Positions 8,452 through 17,517 of a stretch of DNA of 64,000 nt are shown here, in pieces; position 1 is the stretch's first letter, and the number at the start of each line of letters is the position of its first letter. The DNA comes from Syntrophorhabdales bacterium (GTDB taxonomy: Bacteria > Desulfobacterota > Syntrophorhabdia > Syntrophorhabdales > WCHB1-27). The notes under the pieces are model-generated. The model ran no database searches. It was not told the origin of the DNA and saw only the letters and a program-made list of their open reading frames with translations. Location of the stretch: the NCBI GenBank assembly GCA_049521495.1, contig JBEKOT010000001.1, forward strand, positions 1,242 to 65,241. The letters are read 5' to 3'. The position numbers were made by a program, and so were the translations under genes.

Positions 8452-9414
8452 ATGGACCAGAGATGGATAAGTAATGCAATGAAAGAAATAAGGTCGGTCA
8501 AATCTTTTACCGGCCTGAAGAACCTAAACCAGAAACTGCTCTTCCTCATCCTCAGGGCGAGGGGCGATTTTGTAAAAGGCACTACCGTACCGCCCACTCT
8601 CCAGATAGAGCCCACTAACAATTGCAACCTCAGGTGCATTTGCTGTTCCGCGTACAGCAACGAAAGAATGCGGGGCTACATGGACTTCGGGTTCTTCTGC
8701 GGGATCATCGACGAGGCGGCGGACATAGGGGTGAAACGGATCCATCTTTACCTCCACGGGGAGCCGCTGCTCCATCCCAGAATCGGGGATATGGTACGCC
8801 ATGTCAAATCGAGAGACCTGGCCCTTACCCTTGCGACGAACGGGATGCTCCTGGACGCCAAGAGAATCTCGGAGATAATGAGCGCCGGAATGACGAACGC
8901 GGACTATCTCCTCTTATCCGTGCTCGGATATTCGAGGGAGACCCACGAGAAGATCCAGAGGGGAGTCAACCACGACCAGGTGTTGGCCAACATAGCGAGG
9001 CTGACGGAGTACCGTAAGGCGCACAAGCTCAAGGGGCCGCTCATCGAAACCGTCCTCTATCGTCTGCCCGAGAACCTGGGCGAAGAGGATGACTACCGCG
9101 CGTACTGGCAGAAGAGAGTGGACAATGCGAGAATAGCGCGGGAGTCGACCCAGTACGCAGAGCTGCGGGACGGCGCCTCCAACGTCGAGTTACGCACGGA
9201 GACCTGCCACCACCTCTGGGAAAGGATGAGTATTCACTGGGACGGCAGCGTCGCGCTTTGCGTGGCCGATATAGACGGGAAACATCTGCTGGGCAACCTG
9301 CTGAAGAGCTCTATAAAGGAACTCTGGAACGGAGAGGAGATATCCCGGGTGAGGGCATTCCATAGAAAATGCGACTTCGCCGCTGTCCCTATCTGCCGCA
9401 CCTGTGATTGGTAA
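8452..9414 (+). CDS. Radical SAM enzyme with C-terminal SPASM/twitch-like Cys cluster
   Basis: LQIEPTNNCNLRCICCS (CxxxCxxC). C-terminal CHHLWERMSIHWDGSVALCVADIDG...CRTCDW. Confidence 0.8.
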   Translation: MDQRWISNAMKEIRSVKSFTGLKNLNQKLLFLILRARGDFVKGTTVPPTLQIEPTNNCNLRCICCSAYSNERMRGYMDFGFFCGIIDEAADIGVKRIHLYLHGEPLLHPRIGDMVRHVKSRDLALTLATNGMLLDAKRISEIMSAGMTNADYLLLSVLGYSRETHEKIQRGVNHDQVLANIARLTEYRKAHKLKGPLIETVLYRLPENLGEEDDYRAYWQKRVDNARIARESTQYAELRDGASNVELRTETCHHLWERMSIHWDGSVALCVADIDGKHLLGNLLKSSIKELWNGEEISRVRAFHRKCDFAAVPICRTCDW

Positions 9415-9433
9415 AATCGCGAAAGAGGGAAAC

Positions 9434-10684
9434 ATGTGTATAGAGAAGCGTTTTTTTTCACAGATTGCCGCTCCGTTGCGTCGGCTTTTTATGGCCAGAG
9501 CGAATGGTCAGAAAAAAACCGTCTGCTTCGTTTACTATCAGCATTTCAATGCGCTCATTTACAGAGAGGCAAAGACGCTGCTGGAGCAGGGGCTGGAAAC
9601 GGACATCGTAATCCTTCGAAGGATGCGGGCCGAAAAGGTGTTCCAAAGGTACAAAGGGATGAACATCTACGCCATCCAGGCGAGGTCGATTGCGGAGCGT
9701 AACCCCATCTCCTATTTTCTTCGCCTGTTCCTCTTCTTCCTGAAGGCTACCCTCCTGCTGACGTACCTTATGCCCGAGCGGCGCTACAGCTTGGTGCACG
9801 TTACGGCGCCGCCCGACATAATGGTCTTCTCCGCGATCATTCCGAAGCTTTTCGGCGCCCGCATCATCCTTGACATCCATGATATAGGCCCCGAGCTCTT
9901 CATGAGGAAGTTGAATATCGGCGAGGACCGGATCGTAGTGCGGATCGTAAAGCTTCTCGAGCGGCTCTCGGCCGGCTTTGCCGACCATGTCATAACCGTG
10001 ACCGATTTTTGGAAAGACAAGCTGGCGGCGAGATCGGTAGATCCGTCCAAAATAACCATGCTCCTGAACGTACCGGACAACGATCTCTTCCAGCCTGTCC
10101 GCGTCCGACCCGCCGGGAACTCCTTCAACCTTTTCTACCACGGCTCAATCGAGGAGCATTTCGGCCTCGACACGCTCCTTTTGGCCATGCCCGCGATAAA
10201 GGACCATATCCCGCACGTCCTCCTCTACCTCTATTGCGGCAAAAAGGGAAGGCTTTACGCGGAATGCACAGCTCTAATAAAGAAGCTTAAGCTCAACTCG
10301 TATGTGATGTTTCATGATGCCGTCCCCTTCTACGAGCTGCCTCACAGGCTGAGCAGCGCCGACATCGGGATCGTCCCCACCAAGGACTCTGTCTTTTCAA
10401 ATGAGGCGGTAAGCATGAAGGCTCTCGAATATATCTCCATGGAGATACCGATAGTCGTATCGAGGACAAAGGCCCACGATTTCTACTACGACAGCGGTAT
10501 GGTCAAGTTCTTCGAACCGTGCAACCCGGCGCAGCTCGCCCAGTCGGTCATAGAGCTCTTCGAGGACGATGAAGGGAGAGCGCGTCTGGTAAAGAATGCA
10601 TCGGCCTTCTTGAAGAAACACGGCTGGAATAAGGCGAAAGGGGTCTATTCGAAGATCGTCAGGGACCTGATCGAAAGGAAATAA
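9434..10684 (+). CDS. Glycosyltransferase family 4 (GT-B)
   Basis: GT-B C-terminal half with IGIVPTKDSVFSNEAVSMKALEYISMEIPIVVSR. ATG 9434 is preceded by GAAAGAGGGA (GTG 9404 and ATG 9491 are alternatives). Confidence 0.8.
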   Translation: MCIEKRFFSQIAAPLRRLFMARANGQKKTVCFVYYQHFNALIYREAKTLLEQGLETDIVILRRMRAEKVFQRYKGMNIYAIQARSIAERNPISYFLRLFLFFLKATLLLTYLMPERRYSLVHVTAPPDIMVFSAIIPKLFGARIILDIHDIGPELFMRKLNIGEDRIVVRIVKLLERLSAGFADHVITVTDFWKDKLAARSVDPSKITMLLNVPDNDLFQPVRVRPAGNSFNLFYHGSIEEHFGLDTLLLAMPAIKDHIPHVLLYLYCGKKGRLYAECTALIKKLKLNSYVMFHDAVPFYELPHRLSSADIGIVPTKDSVFSNEAVSMKALEYISMEIPIVVSRTKAHDFYYDSGMVKFFEPCNPAQLAQSVIELFEDDEGRARLVKNASAFLKKHGWNKAKGVYSKIVRDLIERK

Positions 10685-10689
10685 AGACG

Positions 10690-11886
10690 ATGTCCTTCAT
10701 ACTCCGGCTTCCCGCAACTGCGGCCTCCCTGTACGTCATCGCCGTTACGTCATACCTCCTGGCCATCGCCGTAGCCGCTTATTTCTTCAAGAAAAAGGCG
10801 ACATACGGGGGAGCGCCTCTTCGGCTCGCCGTCGTAATACCGGCCCATAACGAAGAAGCGCATATAGGGCAGACAGTCGAATGTCTCCACAGATCGAACT
10901 ATCCCAAGGGGTTCTACGCCATCTTCGTCATCGCGGATAATTGCGATGACCGGACGGAGGAGGTCGCCAGCCGGGCAGGGGCTCGCGTTTTCAGGCGGGT
11001 CGATCCGGCAAAGCGCGGTAAAGGCCGGGCCCTCGACTGGTTCCTGAGGAACCATGCTTCTGCGTACGCGCCGTATCACGCGGTCGTCATGATCGACGCG
11101 GACACCCTTACCCACGCCGATTTCCTGAAGGAGATGGCGGCAAGCCTCAAACATCCGGCCGTACAGGCCGTACAGGCGTATTATGGCGTCTCTAATGCTG
11201 CCGCGCACTGGAGGAGCGGGCTTGTTTCCGCCGCCTTCCACGTGTTCAACCATCTGAGGCCCGCCGGCCACAACTGCCTGGGCGGAACGGCGGGCCTGCG
11301 GGGCAACGGGATGGGTTTCAGAAAGGCGCTCCTCAGAGATGGATGGCCCGCCTATTCCATTATAGAAGATTACGAGTTCTCCCTGAGACTTCTAGTCAAC
11401 GGCGTAATCGTTCACTACAATCCCGACGCCATGGTCTTCTCGGACATGCCGGCCGAGAGGAAAGTCGCGGAGACCCAGAGGATGCGATGGGAAGGGGGCT
11501 CCCGGCAGATGAAACATATGTTCGTGAGGCTGATTCTTAGAAGGGTCTTGAAGGAGCCGCGCGCCTGTTACTTTGATGCCCTGGCTAACTCTTTCGTCCC
11601 GCCCCTGGCGCGTCTCGTCCTCGGGCAGTTATTCTTCTTTACGGTCGGTCTTGCCCTAAATTCATCGCTGGTGTTCCCCCTGGCATGTTGTTTCGCCGTC
11701 GACATTTTTTATGTCGTCTCCGGGCTAACCCTTAGAAAGGCGGGCAGGGTTGAATGGCGCAGCTTGCTCTGGGCGCCCTTGTACGTGCTGTGGAAGGTGT
11801 ACCTCTATTTCAAGATGCGGAACCAGGATCCAACTGTTTGGAAGCGGACCCGCAGGCCGTCGGAGCTTCGAGGATTACAGCACTGA
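10690..11886 (+). CDS. Membrane glycosyltransferase family 2 with QxxRW motif (synthase-like)
   Basis: N-terminal TM, VVIPAHNEEAHIGQTVECL, FVIADNCDDRT, MIDADT and ETQRMRWEGG (QxxRW). C-terminal TM helices. Confidence 0.8.
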   Translation: MSFILRLPATAASLYVIAVTSYLLAIAVAAYFFKKKATYGGAPLRLAVVIPAHNEEAHIGQTVECLHRSNYPKGFYAIFVIADNCDDRTEEVASRAGARVFRRVDPAKRGKGRALDWFLRNHASAYAPYHAVVMIDADTLTHADFLKEMAASLKHPAVQAVQAYYGVSNAAAHWRSGLVSAAFHVFNHLRPAGHNCLGGTAGLRGNGMGFRKALLRDGWPAYSIIEDYEFSLRLLVNGVIVHYNPDAMVFSDMPAERKVAETQRMRWEGGSRQMKHMFVRLILRRVLKEPRACYFDALANSFVPPLARLVLGQLFFFTVGLALNSSLVFPLACCFAVDIFYVVSGLTLRKAGRVEWRSLLWAPLYVLWKVYLYFKMRNQDPTVWKRTRRPSELRGLQH

Positions 11887-12158
11887 AACGGCGGCGCCGG
11901 TGATCGCGGGAGCAGCCGTCCCACCGAAAGCCGTAAGGAGGCCGGGCGGGACCTTAAGTGAAGTCGCCGCCCCATCCACTTGGCAGGCGCCCGGGGCGGC
12001 GGGGGCGGGGTCACCCATTCGCGGGTCGGGCGGGCGCCGGGCCGAATGCGCGGTCGACGGGTCTCCGACAAAGGAATGACCGGCAATCGATTGCGCTTAG
12101 GTTCCCGGTATCGCGGGCCTGCTGAGCATACCCGGCCACTATATCGACGGAGGAGCAT

Positions 12159-13523
12159 ATGGAGGCGTTAAAAGTAATCATTCCGATCTACTTTATCATT
12201 TTCGTCCTCGGCGGTTTCCGGAACATAAAGATGTACCTGCTTCTCACGGGGATCGTGACCATGCCCTTCAGGACCACCTATACCATCGTGGACGTGGGGC
12301 CCTACGTAGGCTGGACGAACGGCATCAACATAGCCTTATCGGATGTCTCCTTCATCCTCCTTTTCATCTACCTCTTCATAACGAAGACAAAGTTCGAGGG
12401 GTTCTCCCGCAGACTCACCTTCGCTGCAATGCTCTTTATCGGGTCGGTGCTCCTCTCGCTGATCAATTCGACATGGTTGCGCCTGTCTTTCTTTGAAGCG
12501 ATACTGATCGCCCAGGTTTTCTTCCTCTACTATATCGTCCTGACCGCGGCAATCCAAACGGAGAAAGAACTGCGCATGGTTATGGTCATGCTCATGATAT
12601 CGCTCATCGTGCAGGGCACTTTCGGGACCGTCCAGTATCTTACCGGAAAGGAACTCGACATATTCAGCACGGGGAAGCCCCCGGTCGAAGAGTCCGGGGA
12701 AGACTTTCTTTCGCGGGCCCTGGGCACTATAGGAAAACCTAATGCTCTCGCAATGTATGTAGTGCCCCTCATCTTGCTCGTCACGGCATTGCTCATGAAA
12801 AGCAGGGGGTTATACAGGAGACTGGGCACGCTGGCCATCTCTGCAGGCGGCCTCGCGCTCATTCTCAGCCTTTCCCGCGGGGGGTGGGTGGCCTTTGCCG
12901 CCGCTTTCATCGTCCTCCTCTTTATACTTGCAAAAGGGGGGTACGTGAGGGCTAAAGCTCCCTTCCTGGCCCTCCTCGTTGCGGCCCTCGTAGTAGTCAT
13001 GTTCTTCGGTCTGATCGAAGCCCGCCTTATGAGTCAGGAAGGGGCCGATGCGACCCAGGACCGGATTAATCTCATCAAGATCGCATGGAATATGATCAAG
13101 GACTACCCCGTTCTCGGCGTCGGGGCCAACACGTTCATGTCCGTAGTGCACAGGTACACGCGGGGTCCGGAGCTCCAGGACATTTACCTGCACATGGTCC
13201 ATAACCAGTACCTTCTCGTCTTTGCGGAAACCGGTCTTGTAGGTCTCATCGCTTTCCTATGGTTCATGCTCGCCTGCTTCCGGGAATCGCGGGAATGCGT
13301 CCGGAAGCAGTCGGAGCTTTCACAGATGGTCGGTGTAAGCGTGGGCGCCGGGTTTATCGCAATGGCCGCCCACATGATGGTCGATATGTACTCGTCTCCC
13401 CTGTGCCTTAGCCTGATCTTCGTTTTCTGCGGCCTTTGCTCGGCGGCAAAGAAGGTAGGCGTTGCAGCGGGAACGGCGCCGCCTGTTCGAAAGATCGGGC
13501 GCCCCCCGCATATGACGGTGTAG
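12159..13523 (+). CDS. O-antigen ligase/polymerase-family (Wzy_C-like) membrane protein
   Basis: Polytopic membrane protein with the characteristic LSLSRGGWVAFAAAF loop. GGAGGAG RBS. Confidence 0.75.
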   Translation: MEALKVIIPIYFIIFVLGGFRNIKMYLLLTGIVTMPFRTTYTIVDVGPYVGWTNGINIALSDVSFILLFIYLFITKTKFEGFSRRLTFAAMLFIGSVLLSLINSTWLRLSFFEAILIAQVFFLYYIVLTAAIQTEKELRMVMVMLMISLIVQGTFGTVQYLTGKELDIFSTGKPPVEESGEDFLSRALGTIGKPNALAMYVVPLILLVTALLMKSRGLYRRLGTLAISAGGLALILSLSRGGWVAFAAAFIVLLFILAKGGYVRAKAPFLALLVAALVVVMFFGLIEARLMSQEGADATQDRINLIKIAWNMIKDYPVLGVGANTFMSVVHRYTRGPELQDIYLHMVHNQYLLVFAETGLVGLIAFLWFMLACFRESRECVRKQSELSQMVGVSVGAGFIAMAAHMMVDMYSSPLCLSLIFVFCGLCSAAKKVGVAAGTAPPVRKIGRPPHMTV

Positions 13524-13551
13524 CGGCAGGGAACGGGACACCGCACCGCTG

Positions 13552-14997
13552 ATGGACAGCAGCAGGCACTATAACCTCGTCTACAAGAACTCCCTCGTCT
13601 TGACCTTTTTGAGGTTTGTCGAGCCGGCCCTCGCTATGGTGGTAATAGTGGCCGTCTCGAGGCTCCTCGGCACAGAGGCCCTTGGAGGGTATTCCTTTAT
13701 CATCACCTTCATCTCCATGTTCGGCGTGATCGGCCAGTTGGGCCTGCAGGCCCTGCTCACCAGGGAGGTGGCGGCCAACAAGGAAAAGTCGTCTTCCTAT
13801 GTCTCGGCGGCCCTGTTCCTCGGCCTCGGCAGCTCTATTCTGCTTGCCTTCATCATAAACGGCGCCAAGGGCTATTTCAATCTCTCCGCTGTTGTCAGCT
13901 ACGGCGTCTTTCTGATGAGCCTGAACCTTTTCCCCATGTTCGTGATCGCCACCTTTGAGGCCGTCTTCATGGGATGGCAGCGAACAAAGCTCATACTCTA
14001 CCAGAATCTGGCGGGCAACATCGTAAGGGTCATACTCTCCCTTGTCTTCATCGGGCTTGGCTTCGGACTCGCCTCTCTTGTCGTTGCCATCCTCATCTCG
14101 TCAGTGTTATCGGTCCTCCTATGCGCCTTCACCTATGTAAAGTGTCTCGGGAGGTTGAGCTGGCGGGTGGACCCGGGCGTCTCCCTGCGTCTGCTCAAGA
14201 CCTCGCCGACTTTCCTCCTAATCACTCTCGTCGCAGTGCTCTCGGCGCGCCTCGACGTCCTTATCCTCACGAAGCTGACGAATATGACGCAGGTAGCGCT
14301 CTACGCCGCTGCGTACAAGCTCTTCGAGGCGACCATGATAGTGCCCCAGTCCTATATGAGGGCGAGCTTCCCCCATCTGTCGGCCCTCTTCCGGTCCCGG
14401 CCCGATTCATTCGGACAGACCAACAGAGACATGCTCGGGCACATGCTGCTCTATGCTTTTCCCACGGCAGCGCTGACGTTCGCTCTTGCTCCCTTCGTCA
14501 TATCCGTCCTCTACGGCGCGAAGTTCTCTTCCTCGGCGACGCTCCTGCAGATACTGGCGATAGGCTTGTTACCCTGGACCATGGGCAGGACAACAGCCAA
14601 CCTTTTGTTAGCAACCAACCTCCAGAGATACGACCTCATGTGCGGTACCCTTACGGTCATCACAAGCGTGGCCCTGAACGTGCTCATGATACCCCTTTAC
14701 GGGGCGAAGGGCGCCGCATTTTCCAGCGCCGCAGCCTGGTCCGTTTTCTTCCTCTGCGAATTCTATTTCAGCAGAAGGGCCGGGTATCGAGTAGCGCTCA
14801 TCGAAGCCATCGGCCGCCCCCTGGCGGCAGGGGTCGCTGTCTTCCTGATCGCCCGGATCACGATGCTTGGATGGATCTATGCGTCGCTGGAATGGGGCCT
14901 CCTCGCTGCCGGCGCCGCCTTTTACCTGAAGAGCGGCCGGAACAGGCGGAAGCTTGCCAGGCCTTTCGTCCTGTTCCAGGACATTTTGAGGGCATAG
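13552..14997 (+). CDS. Wzx-like polysaccharide flippase (MOP superfamily)
   Basis: About 12-14 predicted TM helices. Typical N-terminus NSLVLTFLRFVEPALAMVVIVAVSRLLG and position in the locus. Confidence 0.75.
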   Translation: MDSSRHYNLVYKNSLVLTFLRFVEPALAMVVIVAVSRLLGTEALGGYSFIITFISMFGVIGQLGLQALLTREVAANKEKSSSYVSAALFLGLGSSILLAFIINGAKGYFNLSAVVSYGVFLMSLNLFPMFVIATFEAVFMGWQRTKLILYQNLAGNIVRVILSLVFIGLGFGLASLVVAILISSVLSVLLCAFTYVKCLGRLSWRVDPGVSLRLLKTSPTFLLITLVAVLSARLDVLILTKLTNMTQVALYAAAYKLFEATMIVPQSYMRASFPHLSALFRSRPDSFGQTNRDMLGHMLLYAFPTAALTFALAPFVISVLYGAKFSSSATLLQILAIGLLPWTMGRTTANLLLATNLQRYDLMCGTLTVITSVALNVLMIPLYGAKGAAFSSAAAWSVFFLCEFYFSRRAGYRVALIEAIGRPLAAGVAVFLIARITMLGWIYASLEWGLLAAGAAFYLKSGRNRRKLARPFVLFQDILRA

Positions 14998-15032
14998 AAG
15001 CACGCCTGCCTTTACCTCAAAGGGGAACTAGT

Positions 15033-16295
15033 TTGAGCCTTGCCTATCTATGCAATTACTTTCCTTCCCTCACCGAGACCTTCATCTACAGGGAGGTTAT
15101 CGAGCTGGCCCGTCGGGGCATCGGAGTCTCCATCTACTCGTTACGCAGGCCGGCGCCTTCCGGTATTTCCGAAGAATGCCGCGCTTTGTACAAAGCCACG
15201 TTCTATCTCCTGCCTGTTCCCGTCCGGTGGCTCGCCGGGAGCCACCTAAGGTTCTTCCTGCGCGCACCGGCGAAGTATGCGGCCGCCCTTTGGAAGATGC
15301 TCACGGGAAGCCATGTGCGCACTAAAGACCATGTGCGCAGCCTTATGCATTTCGGCGAGGGCGTTCCTCTGGCCGAAAGGATGCTCGCCGACGGGGTGAG
15401 CCATATACACGCCCATTTTGCCTCTCAGTCTGCCTCTGTGGCCAGGGTCGTGCACCTTCTTACGGGGATCCCTTATAGCTTTACGGGGCACGCTCACGAT
15501 GTCTGGCAGGACCGGCTGCTGCTGCCGGAGAAGCTAGCCGAAGCTACCTTTGTCGTGACGTGTTCCGACGTGGCGAGGCGCTCCCTCTTAGCAGAGTCAA
15601 GCCGTGACGTCTCATCCAAGGTTCATCTCGTCTACCACGGGCTCGACGTCGACAATTTCCCCTATTGCAAAGGGGTGGAAAGGGAGAGGAACCTCATCCT
15701 GGCCGTCGGCCGTTTAACGCGAATAAAGGGTTACTCCGATTTGATAAAGGCCTGTGCGGTCCTGAAAAGCAAAGCCTTCCCTTTCCGGTGCGTGATCGTC
15801 GGGGAAGGAGAGGACCGCCGGGAGCTTGAGGGACTGATCGAGGCGAAGGAACTAACGGGCCGGGTAATTCTAAAAGGTGCCCTACCCCAGGAAGAGACTC
15901 GGGCGTACTACGGACGCGCCTGGGTCTTTGTGCTGCCCAGCGTCGATTCTCTCGACGGGAACCGCGACGGTATTCCCAACGTGCTCATGGAGGCCATGGC
16001 AAGCGGCGTACCGGTGATCACGACGACGAATTCGGGGCAGCCCGAGCTTATCCGGGACGGCCTTGACGGCCTGCTTGTCCGGCCCCGTTCGCCGGCTCAA
16101 CTCGCCGAGGCGGTCATGGCAGTTTGCAGCAGCGACGCCCTTCGGGAAAGGCTGGCAAGGGCTGCCAGAAAGAGGATCGTGGAAGACTTCGACAACCGGA
16201 AGACGATCGACCCCCTGGTTCGCCTTTTCCGAGACTTCGTCTCTCCCGCCCCTCACCGCACTTTTCCGCAACTCCACCTTAACCCCCGCACGTAA
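15033..16295 (+). CDS. Glycosyltransferase family 4 (WcaL-like)
   Basis: EAMASGVPVITTTNSGQPELIRDGLDGLLV (E-x7-E region). TTG 15033 has AGGGGA 6 nt upstream. The 773-aa ORF from 13974 is run-on through wzx. Confidence 0.8.
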   Translation: MSLAYLCNYFPSLTETFIYREVIELARRGIGVSIYSLRRPAPSGISEECRALYKATFYLLPVPVRWLAGSHLRFFLRAPAKYAAALWKMLTGSHVRTKDHVRSLMHFGEGVPLAERMLADGVSHIHAHFASQSASVARVVHLLTGIPYSFTGHAHDVWQDRLLLPEKLAEATFVVTCSDVARRSLLAESSRDVSSKVHLVYHGLDVDNFPYCKGVERERNLILAVGRLTRIKGYSDLIKACAVLKSKAFPFRCVIVGEGEDRRELEGLIEAKELTGRVILKGALPQEETRAYYGRAWVFVLPSVDSLDGNRDGIPNVLMEAMASGVPVITTTNSGQPELIRDGLDGLLVRPRSPAQLAEAVMAVCSSDALRERLARAARKRIVEDFDNRKTIDPLVRLFRDFVSPAPHRTFPQLHLNPRT

Positions 16296-16341
16296 CCCCA
16301 AAAACCGACTCTCCTCCATCCCGGGCGACAATTGATATTTG

Positions 16342-16370
16342 TTGCACGACAGACGAATACGCCTTAAAAT
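16342..16370 (+). promoter_or_regulatory. Sigma70-like promoter TTGCAC-17 nt-TAAAAT
   Basis: Hexamers and spacing read from the sequence, about 85 nt upstream of the ATG at 16455. Confidence 0.4.
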
Positions 16371-16454
16371 GGTAAATGGGGCGACCTAGGGGCCTTGGGA
16401 GGCCGGCCGGGTCGGCTACCTATCTCAATCCCTTATTCAACCAGGAGGAAGCGC

Positions 16455-16874
16455 ATGAAAACAGCGATCCTTGCTTCGGTCCTTATCCTTGTATTCGTTA
16501 CTGCTTCACCTGCCCAGGAAAAATCGCCCAAGACGTTGACGGAGGGATTTTTCCGCCTCTTGATGGAAGACAAGGCCCCTCAGGCGTACGATAATGTCTT
16601 TGCCGGGTCCCCGGTACCGAAGCTGAGGCCGGAAGAGTCCAGCGTGATGAGGGAGCAAACCCGGGCTGCCCTGGCGGCGAATGGGAAAATCCTTGGATAC
16701 GAGCTGATCAGGGAGGAGAAATTCGGTGATTCGGTCCTGCAACTGGTGTATCTTCTGAGATCGGAAGTGATCCCGACAGTGTGGCAATTCGTTTTCTATA
16801 AGCCGAAGGCCGAGTGGTATCTGCTGGGCGTCACCTTTTTCGACGACGCCAACGGTCTGGATGCCATGCGATAG
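16455..16874 (+). CDS. Secreted hypothetical protein (signal peptide)
   Basis: AGGAGG RBS. N-terminus MKTAILASVLILVFVTASPAQE looks like a Sec signal. No family recognised. Confidence 0.5.
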   Translation: MKTAILASVLILVFVTASPAQEKSPKTLTEGFFRLLMEDKAPQAYDNVFAGSPVPKLRPEESSVMREQTRAALAANGKILGYELIREEKFGDSVLQLVYLLRSEVIPTVWQFVFYKPKAEWYLLGVTFFDDANGLDAMR

Positions 16875-16932
16875 TTAGCGCCGAGGTGTGGCGTCAGGGC
16901 GCACCGGGGGCACCCCCTGTCAAAACCGGCTA

Positions 16933-16962
16933 TTGACGAACCAATTCATCGCGGTTTATATT
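16933..16962 (+). promoter_or_regulatory. Sigma70-like promoter TTGACG-17/18 nt-TTATAT/TATATT
   Basis: Read from the sequence, about 35 nt upstream of the fmdB-like start. Confidence 0.45.
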
Positions 16963-16993
16963 ATTAGTCGAGGTTCGGCAGGAGGTCGGTAAG

Positions 16994-17308
16994 ATGCCCA
17001 TCTACGAGTACGAATGTCTTGACTGCGGCAAGAGATTCGAGATATTTCAGAAAATTTCCGAAGAGCCGTTAAAGGAGTGCAGGGCCTGTGGCGGCCGCCT
17101 CAACAGGCTTATCTCCATGTGCTCCTTCCAACTTAAGGGTTCGGGCTGGTACGTGACCGATTACAAATCCCCGGTGTCGGCGGCGAAAGGGAACGGCGCC
17201 AAACACGAAGGGGAGAAGCGCGAGGAGAAGAAGATAGAAGCGGAAGGCACTAAACCTGAGACAAAGACGGAAAGCGCCAAGAGCGAGACTACCGGGGGGG
17301 CGGCATGA
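16994..17308 (+). CDS. FmdB-family zinc-ribbon putative regulatory protein
   Basis: [34 protein letters not shown] (CxxC...CxxC) followed by a Lys/Glu-rich tail. Confidence 0.8.
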   Translation: MPIYEYECLDCGKRFEIFQKISEEPLKECRACGGRLNRLISMCSFQLKGSGWYVTDYKSPVSAAKGNGAKHEGEKREEKKIEAEGTKPETKTESAKSETTGGAA

Positions 17309-17463
17309 AAGCTGGAGATAGGGTCAAATTCCCTTTCGGAAAAAAAGGAGAGATGGAAGGCACGGTCGAGAGGGTCTTCGAAAAAACCGTGTACATAAAG
17401 ACGGACATGCCACACCAGAAAGGCAAGATAATCAGGAGAAAAGTAAGAGACGTAAAAGCCTAA
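17305..17463 (+). CDS. Small hypothetical protein (52 aa), below the ORF-track length cut-off
   Basis: ATGA overlap with the fmdB-like stop. [52 protein letters not shown] has a KOW/SH3-like flavour. Confidence 0.4.
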   Translation: MKAGDRVKFPFGKKGEMEGTVERVFEKTVYIKTDMPHQKGKIIRRKVRDVKA

Positions 17464-17517
17464 TCCTTCCCGAACGCCTGCTCTTCCAAACGAAGCCGGT
17501 AAAATCGACTAAAAAGG

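Larger units (their letters stand above)
686..16295 (+). other. Co-directional polysaccharide (EPS/O-antigen-like) biosynthesis locus, 13 genes
   Basis: Uninterrupted + strand run of priming transferase, nucleotide-sugar modification, FemAB-like, radical SAM, GT4/GT2, Wzy-like and Wzx-like genes. Most gaps are short or overlapping. Confidence 0.8.

Noticed and set aside
13974-16295. 773-aa ORF that looks like a giant fusion protein
   Set aside because: The first ~350 codons run out of frame through the Wzx-like gene, give a Pro/Arg-rich nonsense-like sequence, and reflect the low stop-codon frequency of GC-rich DNA. Only the GT4 part from TTG 15033, which has an RBS, is credible.
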